From: an uncultured virus (IMG/VR IMGVR_UViG_3300037297_000216)
Lineage: Duplodnaviria; Heunggongvirae; Uroviricota; Caudoviricetes; Crassvirales
Length of the DNA stretch: 35,831 bases
IMG/VR virus record: IMGVR_UViG_3300037297_000216
Reading direction: 5' to 3' (one strand)
Shown: positions 29,267 to 35,831 of the stretch, piece by piece
Numbering within the stretch: the stretch's first letter is position 1
Layout of the letters: each line of letters begins with the position of its first letter
Program-made: the position numbers and the translations under genes
Notes under the pieces: generated by a model
The model's input: only the letters and a program-made list of their open reading frames with translations
Told to the model about the DNA's origin: nothing
The model's database searches: none

Positions 29267-30456
29267 TACCTGATTTCTTTCGCAATAATATAAGCAATTA
29301 AACCTGAAATAAGAATAATAACATATAACCCTAAAACTTTTATCTTTTTATATAATTCATTTAATTTATTCTCATGTTCTTCAATATATCTATAAGCATG
29401 TTCTACTCCCCAAAACAATTTTTGATTTACTTCCCAAAGATTTCCCTTTGTATTATGTTCTATTATAGTATCACCTTTTTCATTTATGTATTTCCAACCT
29501 AATTCTCCATTAACGGTATCCCTTAAAAACTCTACAATATCTATTAAACCATCCTTTAAACCAAACCCAGATGCTGCAGAAGTAGAATCAGCATATAAAA
29601 CTCCGCTGACAGAATCTATTAATATAACAGCCGGTTGACTAGGAATACCTGATAGAATACCTTTATAATAAATACTATCATTACATCTTAAAACTTTTCT
29701 AGTTGTAACTGAGTCTTTACTGTATGTAATAACCTCTTCACTGGAACACCAAACTGCAAGTTTATTAGAACTTATCCTTCCCCAACCAGCCTGTTCAGTA
29801 TAAACAGGTCTATACGTCATACCAGTTATACTATTATACAATGCAAATGAATAAGTAGGTCCAGCTCCAGTTATACCAATTATTACATCATCATCAAAAT
29901 CATAACGTTTACCCGTTGAAAAACATGCTCTATACCTGTTCTGACCAAAAGTAAAAAAACTATACTTTGTACTTCCTGACTTATACCCTATAGTATCATT
30001 ATCATTAGTAAACCATAAATTTTTACTAAATACAATATCTTGTCCAAAATCATCTATAGTAGCACTTCCTACATTATACAGTCCAGAACTCAAAGAAGTA
30101 AATGTATGTTCTTCTGTAGTATCGACAGCACTTTTTTTAATCGTATCTGCTGTTGGAATATAACTTGAAGTAACTCCTCCTAATATAATCTCATTCATAT
30201 TAATAGAATTAAAAGAATGAGTTTCTGCAGAATCTACTCCATATTTTTTGGATAATTTAACAATAGAATCATTGGTATGAATATAGTCCAGATATTCTTC
30301 CCCCGACACTTTAGCAGAATCACCAAGATCAGTATAACCTTCAACAGTTAAATTTCCTTTAAGCGTAACATTATTAAGTGTTTTAGTCTGAGAAAATATA
30401 TTTAACGACATCAAAGAAAAAACAACAATTAATAATATTTTAAAACTTTTTTTCAT
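29266..30456 (-). CDS. Secreted fibre-like protein with C-terminal chaperone-like coiled coil and C-terminal transmembrane anchor, 396 aa
   Basis: Signal peptide MKKSFKILLIVVFSLMSLNIFS|Q. Beta-rich fibre-like body. GNLWEVNQKLFWGVEHAYRYIEEHENKLNELYKKIK coiled coil, then hydrophobic VLGLYVIILISGLIAYIIA followed by KEIR. Confidence 0.6.
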   Translation of the reverse strand: MKKSFKILLIVVFSLMSLNIFSQTKTLNNVTLKGNLTVEGYTDLGDSAKVSGEEYLDYIHTNDSIVKLSKKYGVDSAETHSFNSINMNEIILGGVTSSYIPTADTIKKSAVDTTEEHTFTSLSSGLYNVGSATIDDFGQDIVFSKNLWFTNDNDTIGYKSGSTKYSFFTFGQNRYRACFSTGKRYDFDDDVIIGITGAGPTYSFALYNSITGMTYRPVYTEQAGWGRISSNKLAVWCSSEEVITYSKDSVTTRKVLRCNDSIYYKGILSGIPSQPAVILIDSVSGVLYADSTSAASGFGLKDGLIDIVEFLRDTVNGELGWKYINEKGDTIIEHNTKGNLWEVNQKLFWGVEHAYRYIEEHENKLNELYKKIKVLGLYVIILISGLIAYIIAKEIR

Positions 30457-30466
30457 ATTATATTTA

Positions 30467-30871
30467 TTAAATAATTTCAGCTCTATAAACTATTGTACAA
30501 TCTATCGGAACGGTAATAGTAAATCCATCTTCACTCTCACTATTTATTTGATAATCCACATTATTACCAGAACCATCATAACATCTTATAAGTAACATAT
30601 AATCTGTAGTATTTAATGTTGAAGAATATGAAATAGTATTTGGACTACCAGCCGCAGTAATTGACTCTTTTCCCTTACGAGAATCAGTATACCCAGTAAT
30701 ACCTGATACTCCAAATTTTAAAACTAAAGTATCATCAATATAAAACTTAAAATAATCATTTTCAAACCTAATTTCTCCCTCATCATTACCAGTCCTAAAT
30801 GTAAAACCTACAGAAGGAATAGTTACATTTCTAATAATATTTGGAATGTATCTATCAGAATATATACTCAT
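30467..30871 (-). CDS. Small beta-rich tail-fibre/lectin-like protein, 134 aa, no signal peptide
   Basis: EGEIRFEND..KFY fibre-type motif. C-terminal 'TISYSSTLNTTDYMLLI...SEDGFTIT....IVYRA' resembles small beta-sandwich fibre-tip domains. Confidence 0.45.
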   Translation of the reverse strand: MSIYSDRYIPNIIRNVTIPSVGFTFRTGNDEGEIRFENDYFKFYIDDTLVLKFGVSGITGYTDSRKGKESITAAGSPNTISYSSTLNTTDYMLLIRCYDGSGNNVDYQINSESEDGFTITVPIDCTIVYRAEII

Positions 30872-30874
30872 ACT

Positions 30875-31084
30875 TTATTTCTTAAAAATTAAATCATCAA
30901 TCTTTTTCTGTCTATCAGAAGCTTTTACTTTTTTTATATTAACAATAATAGCAGAAATACCAACTCCCACAGAAACGCAAAGAGCTATAAAACCCAGTAT
31001 AGGGGTAGCTTTTTCAATAAAATTATAAACAATAGATCCTAAAGGTAATGCAATTCCACTAAAATTCAATAACTTGTCTTTCAT
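30875..31084 (-). CDS. Small membrane protein (holin-like), 69 aa
   Basis: One clear TM segment (ILGFIALCVSVGVGISAIIV), an amphipathic N-terminal segment and a basic C-terminal tail. Function is inferred only. Confidence 0.45.
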   Translation of the reverse strand: MKDKLLNFSGIALPLGSIVYNFIEKATPILGFIALCVSVGVGISAIIVNIKKVKASDRQKKIDDLIFKK

Positions 31085-31108
31085 ACTTATATATATATAT
31101 GTTTAGGA

Positions 31109-31888
31109 TTAATACTCTGTTATTGGTGTACAAGTTGATATATCTTCGTCAACATTATCAACTTCACAAATTTCATAAGTACTATAATAAATCCTAAAAT
31201 CTTCTAATGTTGCTATCGTAAAATAATTATTATCTAATAGTTTTATTTCATTCCAGTTTGGATATTCACCATTTTTACGTTTCAAATGAACACTAATTTG
31301 ATTATTAGATTTGCGCTTGCAAATAAAATTCATGCTATTGCATATCTGTCTAATCGTATACCCTCCTACAACTTCATCCATATTAGCATAAGCCACAACG
31401 CCGTATAAGTCCCAGTTCCATATTTTTCCTCCCAAACTGTCTAATTTCCAAATATTGTTCATAGAGTACAACGTGTCTTTATCTTCGTCTAAATTAAACA
31501 TCCATATATTGTTATTTTTCAAATAAACATTCCATTCTTTATTTATAATTTGATTTTCTAGCTTTTGTTTAAAATCTGGATATTTTATCGCTGAATCTTT
31601 ATTAACTTTTATTACAGGCAGTTGTAAAGTATCAAATATGTATTTTTTCAAATATTTTTCCGTTGGACGATTTAATTTTATTTTGTACTTTGACAATGTG
31701 TTTGTATTGTTATACCATATATAATGCAATGCTTCCTGACGTGGATAACCATTAACATAATCAATACTGTCTATTTGTGATAAAACAATTGTATTATCAA
31801 AGTACAGAGTATCTATATTAATAATTTCTAATTGTGAATAACTTTTAATTCCAATTAATAATAATAATATTGCACTTAATTTTTTCAT
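31109..31888 (-). CDS. Secreted protein of unknown function, 259 aa
   Basis: Signal peptide MKKLSAILLLLIGIKSYS|Q. TAATG-coupled to the upstream LamG gene. No recognisable domain. Confidence 0.6.
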   Translation of the reverse strand: MKKLSAILLLLIGIKSYSQLEIINIDTLYFDNTIVLSQIDSIDYVNGYPRQEALHYIWYNNTNTLSKYKIKLNRPTEKYLKKYIFDTLQLPVIKVNKDSAIKYPDFKQKLENQIINKEWNVYLKNNNIWMFNLDEDKDTLYSMNNIWKLDSLGGKIWNWDLYGVVAYANMDEVVGGYTIRQICNSMNFICKRKSNNQISVHLKRKNGEYPNWNEIKLLDNNYFTIATLEDFRIYYSTYEICEVDNVDEDISTCTPITEY

Positions 31889-32940
31889 TATGGATTATAG
31901 TGTTTTGAAGATTGATATAAATTTGTTATTTCATTCGATGATAACGCACGATTATAAATTCTAATTTCATCAATATAGCCGTTTAAATTTACTGTACCAT
32001 TATTATTCCTTCCAATAAATGTAGTGCTTGGAATATAGATTGAATTTTCTCCAGTTGCGCTATATATAGAATTTAAATTTTGATAAACAATCCAATTGTC
32101 AATACCAGGCTCATTTGTTATTGTCAATAAATGCCAATTTGATTTATTAACACTTCCTGTTCCAATTGTAGGCCGATCATTTCTAAATATATCCATATAT
32201 ATAGTTCCAGATGTGTAAGGATAATGGGTGGATGGAGATGTTCCAAGATAACATAATCCACTTTTTGCAATGGTTGTTGGAACATTATTTTTTAATTTGA
32301 CATATAATGAAAATGTAGCCTTACCACTAAAATAACTTGTTAAATTAGGCAAAATTATATAATCATTAATACCGTCATAATACCAACAACTTGAATCAGT
32401 TTCAATCCATATCCCCATTGGTTGGTAAGCTCCAGTTGTTTGAGTTCCATTGTCACCATAAATAGACTGATCGACAATTAATCCGTCACAACCCACGAAA
32501 AATTCATCTCCTATATTTGCCGTACATATTTGATCTAATTTTATTGAATCAATACTACCAAGAGTATCAAGTATTGTATAAATTGTTCCCGATTCAGGAT
32601 CACCAAAACGTATTGAATTTCCTATAACTACATGATCCGTACTATCAACAACAACGGTATCATTACTTGCCCATACAATTGTATCTCCCGTTGAATTGTA
32701 AGTTAATCCAGATTTTGTAACATTTTTTGAATCAAACCACAAAACTAATGAAGTATCTCCTCCTGAAATATAATTCCCGTCATTAATAATAATATCTCCT
32801 TTTTTATCTATATAAACAATATTATCATTTGTATTATATATATTATCAATTTCCCAAGTACTTCTATTTATTTTAGGCAACCATTGAGAAAATACACTAA
32901 AGCTTATAAACCACAACAAAATAAATATTCCCCACTTCAT
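31888..32940 (-). CDS. Secreted LamG/concanavalin-A-like lectin-domain protein, 350 aa
   Basis: Signal peptide MKWGIFILLWFISFSVFS|Q. LVLWFD...DQSIYGDNGT...YDGINDYIILP...TFSLYVK...WHLLTIT...FIG...LNGYIDEIRIYNRALSSNEITNLY is the LamG-like (Laminin_G_3) signature. Confidence 0.85.
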   Translation of the reverse strand: MKWGIFILLWFISFSVFSQWLPKINRSTWEIDNIYNTNDNIVYIDKKGDIIINDGNYISGGDTSLVLWFDSKNVTKSGLTYNSTGDTIVWASNDTVVVDSTDHVVIGNSIRFGDPESGTIYTILDTLGSIDSIKLDQICTANIGDEFFVGCDGLIVDQSIYGDNGTQTTGAYQPMGIWIETDSSCWYYDGINDYIILPNLTSYFSGKATFSLYVKLKNNVPTTIAKSGLCYLGTSPSTHYPYTSGTIYMDIFRNDRPTIGTGSVNKSNWHLLTITNEPGIDNWIVYQNLNSIYSATGENSIYIPSTTFIGRNNNGTVNLNGYIDEIRIYNRALSSNEITNLYQSSKHYNP

Positions 32941-32944
32941 CTTA

Positions 32945-33427
32945 TTATTCTAATTCTTGTGGATACATTTTATCTAAATTACTTCCGTCATAAATTAACG
33001 TATCAGACTCAAAAGAAATTAAAATAGTATCTCCATTATATGTAAAATAAATCTTACGTTCAATTAAATTATCACTACCATCATAACTAAAATCGACTAA
33101 ATATCTCTTAGCTTTCATTTTAAGTAAAGTAGCGTGTAAATCTGAAACATCATCAAAAGTAGAATCTCCATTAGTAGACCATAAGACATAATCTATCGAA
33201 AAAGGTTTAACATTTGACGTTCTCGGTACAACCCTAACCTCGGTAGAACTAACTGTTTCAATTGCTGAAATTTCAGATTTATCTAGAACAGTTATATGAT
33301 AAGCATCTGCAGCCCTAAATTGAATCATATCCCCTAAATCAGTAATAGTATAATTTTGTGACATACTAGAAGCACAAAATAAAACTAAAGTACTTACTGC
33401 TATAATTAATTTTTTTATAATATTCAT
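32945..33427 (-). CDS. Secreted protein of unknown function, 160 aa
   Basis: Start moved to ATG at 33427, which removes the overlap with the upstream gene and gives the signal peptide MNIIKKLIIAVSTLVLFCASSMS|Q. C-terminal YDGSDNL/YDGSNL repeats. Confidence 0.6.
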   Translation of the reverse strand: MNIIKKLIIAVSTLVLFCASSMSQNYTITDLGDMIQFRAADAYHITVLDKSEISAIETVSSTEVRVVPRTSNVKPFSIDYVLWSTNGDSTFDDVSDLHATLLKMKAKRYLVDFSYDGSDNLIERKIYFTYNGDTILISFESDTLIYDGSNLDKMYPQELE

Positions 33428-33432
33428 AATTT

Positions 33433-33711
33433 TTAACTTAAATCTAACCAATAATTTCCTTCAGTTATATCATTTATCTTTTGCATAATATCTTCTGCTT
33501 CTGCTATAGTAAAAAAATTATCATCACCTGTAATAGTATCCCTAAGATAATAATCCATTATTTCTACATAAGCTTTAAGAAGAATTAATTTTATTTTCTC
33601 AACATTTCGTTTTACATTTAAATTAACATTCTCACGTAAAGCTAAATTATATGTATAATCACTAAAAGCAGAATTTATATCTAATAAATATTGTTGTTCT
33701 GTTGCTGTCAT
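33433..33711 (-). CDS. Small helical tail protein (possible tail hub B-like), 92 aa
   Basis: Compact helical ORF ending FTIAEAEDIMQKINDI. Position downstream of a hub-A-like gene and upstream of ring genes. Confidence 0.4.
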   Translation of the reverse strand: MTATEQQYLLDINSAFSDYTYNLALRENVNLNVKRNVEKIKLILLKAYVEIMDYYLRDTITGDDNFFTIAEAEDIMQKINDITEGNYWLDLS

Positions 33712-33715
33712 AATA

Positions 33716-35167
33716 TTAAGGATAACTTATATAATTCATTCTAACTATCATACTATGTACTATCCAAACTCCAGTAAGACCGGTTACTTGAACTCTAAGA
33801 CTCGGGCCTCCTCCAACTGAAAATGTTACAACTGGAACAGAACCATGTACAGATGTAAAAGAATCAACAACTTCTCTAGGAGTAGTATGAGTACTTCCAA
33901 CTAAGGAAATATTTGTTTTATCTCCAATAGTTCCTCCATAATATATAGCTCTATACAATGCTGATGGAGTATAAGTTATATCATGAGACATTGCAAGATA
34001 TTCTATTTCAAACGAAGTACAAGAATGTCCATTTAAATACAACGGATCTGTCCCTAATATATACATGTCAGAAATAGTATTGTTATCAGTTTTTCTACAC
34101 ATATGAAACTCTCTGCCTTGAATAGTTGTATCTTGAGTACCTCCTGGAAATCCTCCCCCAAATTCCACAGTATTCCCAGAAAATACTCTTTCAGTTTTAT
34201 AAAAAGCATTCGAAAAATAACCATGTGCAAAAGCATAATGAGCATTACGAACATCACTTCCACAATATCCTTTATTTATAGCAAACCCATCATTTGAATA
34301 ATAAACTTTTCCATCATTAAATGCAGTAGAACCTCCAGTTAACCCCGCATCATTCATATTAATTGATCCATCATTAGCAGTAAAATTACGTTTCACTAAA
34401 TCAACATCATTTCCATATCCAATTATTGTTCCTCCAAAAGATATCGAATAAGGAGACCACATTACAAAAGTATCTGGTGGATAAATAGCTTCAAACCCAT
34501 ATGCACTAGAAGTACCTGCTTTTAAAATACCACTTGCTAAATTATAACTTCCATTAAGAATTATAGTTGAGTTATCAACATTACTAGCAGCCCCGTCTTC
34601 AGTCATTAATTCCCAAGAATCCCCGTCCCATATATATGACCTGCCTAATGTTGAATTCCTGTAAGCATCATTTGTATCAGGACTAACCGGAGCTGTAGAA
34701 AAAGTACCTAACCAATTAATACTAATTCCATTATCTCCAGTTGCACCAGTGTCGCCAGTTGCACCAGTGTCGCCAGTATCTCCCTTAGCTCCTTCTTTAC
34801 CTTTAAAAACTGATATCTTCCTGTATACAGTATTTTCCCCAAATTTCGTCGCTTTGGCTACAAAATTTCCAGTATCAGCAGTAATAGCTGTTACAGAAAT
34901 AGTATTACTAACTACATTTACAGTTACATTAGAAGTACTTTCAGCTGTTATCGTCCATTCGGAAGTAACATCTGTTCCTTTATAATTAACTAAAAAAGTA
35001 ACATTTGCTTCAGTATAAACTGGATTATTTCCATCTCCATCAGTAGGAATAACTAAGCAATCTCTATTTGATATTAAAAGATATGAACTTAGTTCACTAG
35101 CTACACTAGGATTAAAAAATGTAGAAACATCATTACTAGGACTACTAATTACTACGGTTGACGCCAT
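33716..35167 (-). CDS. Tail fibre protein with Ig-like N-domain and short collagen-like segment, 483 aa
   Basis: IPTDGDGN...VTSEWTIT...ISVTAITADTG Ig-like tail module. (GXY)8 run. INWLG...YIWDGDSW fibre motif, VDNSTI motif and Gly/Ala-rich fibre repeats. No signal peptide. Confidence 0.75.
   Translation of the reverse strand: MASTVVISSPSNDVSTFFNPSVASELSSYLLISNRDCLVIPTDGDGNNPVYTEANVTFLVNYKGTDVTSEWTITAESTSNVTVNVVSNTISVTAITADTGNFVAKATKFGENTVYRKISVFKGKEGAKGDTGDTGATGDTGATGDNGISINWLGTFSTAPVSPDTNDAYRNSTLGRSYIWDGDSWELMTEDGAASNVDNSTIILNGSYNLASGILKAGTSSAYGFEAIYPPDTFVMWSPYSISFGGTIIGYGNDVDLVKRNFTANDGSINMNDAGLTGGSTAFNDGKVYYSNDGFAINKGYCGSDVRNAHYAFAHGYFSNAFYKTERVFSGNTVEFGGGFPGGTQDTTIQGREFHMCRKTDNNTISDMYILGTDPLYLNGHSCTSFEIEYLAMSHDITYTPSALYRAIYYGGTIGDKTNISLVGSTHTTPREVVDSFTSVHGSVPVVTFSVGGGPSLRVQVTGLTGVWIVHSMIVRMNYISYP
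34737..34777. repeat. Perfect 18-bp tandem repeat (2.3 copies) encoding GDTGAT collagen units
   Basis: + strand ccagttgcaccagtgtcg x2 followed by ccagt. Confidence 0.9.
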
Positions 35168-35180
35168 TCAAATAATATTT

Positions 35181-35831
35181 TTAATTAGCACATAGTGTTT
35201 CCAAAGTAGCTAACATAGCTAAAATCTCTTCCTTTTTAGCAAGAGTTACTTCTGCCAACATACCATGAAATTTAGAAAAATAATAAATAGGATCCAATAA
35301 CTCATCCCATTCTTTTATATCATGATAAAATCTTTCAAAATCATGTGAATAGGGAACCTGTCTAATCTTATCATAAACAGCTGCTCTTATAATCCCATCT
35401 ATCAAAACAGTAATAGACTCTAAATCTACTTCTGTAGAAGTATTAGCTTCAGAAATAGTATAAGTTATTTCATACCATCCATCAGGCAATTGATCATTTG
35501 CAGTACCTAACGCAACACCACTATCTAACAATAAAGCAGGAGTAATATCAAACACTAAATCTGTAATATCAGCAAAAGGACCAAACTTAGTATACAAATC
35601 TATTGTATCATAAGTTGTTTCAGTTTCATCAGAAGTAGTTATTGTAACATCTAGTGTCAAATGATACTTACCGACTGTAGTAGTTGTAACTGCTACAATG
35701 TCAGTAACTTCAGGATTAGGTGTTCCCCAACCTCCAGTATTATCTCCAGCATCATATGCTCCAGTATCATCTTGAATTCTAAGAGTTATAGCATCATTAG
35801 ATTGCAAAGGACCTGCTAAAGCTAAAGAAAT
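35181..35831 (-). CDS. Tail hub A-like structural protein, 5'-truncated by the window
   Basis: Frame stays open to the window edge (ISLALAGPLQSNDAITLRIQDDTGAY...GGWGTPNP...LPDGWYEITY), so the TTG at 35807 is unlikely to be the true start. Function inferred from motifs and synteny. Confidence 0.55.
   Translation of the reverse strand: MSLALAGPLQSNDAITLRIQDDTGAYDAGDNTGGWGTPNPEVTDIVAVTTTTVGKYHLTLDVTITTSDETETTYDTIDLYTKFGPFADITDLVFDITPALLLDSGVALGTANDQLPDGWYEITYTISEANTSTEVDLESITVLIDGIIRAAVYDKIRQVPYSHDFERFYHDIKEWDELLDPIYYFSKFHGMLAEVTLAKKEEILAMLATLETLCAN

Noticed and set aside
27506..32940. Impression of different codon/dinucleotide usage in the beta-helix and LamG genes suggesting recent acquisition
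   Set aside because: Only a visual impression. It needs computed codon-usage or k-mer statistics and could reflect amino-acid composition.
33428..33451. Track start at 33451 for the 168-aa ORF
   Set aside because: It overlaps the upstream gene. ATG at 33427 gives a clean signal peptide and an A at -3.
21835..34263. Nested minus-strand ORFs 21835-22017, 28114-28305 and 34054-34263
   Set aside because: Short out-of-frame ORFs fully inside well-supported genes, with no independent evidence.
6186..34985. Ten short plus-strand ORFs in the track (6186, 9410, 13337, 17702, 22706, 26084, 28040, 29000, 30846, 34103) and 34749-34985
   Set aside because: All lie antisense to long, motif-bearing minus-strand genes, most have non-ATG starts, and none has a recognisable motif. 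The Pro/Val repeat in 34749-34985 is just the antisense of the collagen repeat.
35805..35807. TTG at 35807 as start of the right-edge gene
   Set aside because: The frame is open to the window edge, so the real start is probably just outside the window.
1..35831. tRNA, rRNA, CRISPR array, integrase/transposase, diversity-generating retroelement repeats, promoters, intrinsic terminators
   Set aside because: Intergenic spaces are at most about 24 nt and no such structure was recognisable by eye. Weak intragenic signals cannot be excluded without computation.

Overview
The window is a single, tightly packed minus-strand gene block (about 18 genes, AT-rich, almost no intergenic DNA) from a crAss-like phage (Crassvirales or a close relative), probably infecting a Bacteroidota host. 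In transcription order (high to low coordinates) it runs: tail hub-like gene (partial), collagen-repeat tail fibre, small conserved tail gene, a ~6 kb accessory cluster, ring protein, IHF/HU-like protein, ring/tail-tube protein, muzzle/stabilization protein, two cargo proteins, a 4205-aa virion RNA polymerase polyprotein, and a second giant zincin-containing cargo protein that runs off the left edge and is missing from the ORF track. The polymerase carries the DFDID catalytic motif, a zincin HExxH motif and C-terminal ASCH-like and macro-like domains. The most unusual element is the cluster at 27506-33427. Five phage proteins there have Sec signal peptides with Gln at +1 (Bacteroidetes Q-rule) and are strongly enriched in the Bacteroidetes O-glycosylation sequon D-[S/T]-[AILVMT]. 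This suggests phage fibre/adhesin-like proteins that are exported and matured by host periplasmic machinery. All family assignments come from motif recognition and synteny by eye, not from database searches.
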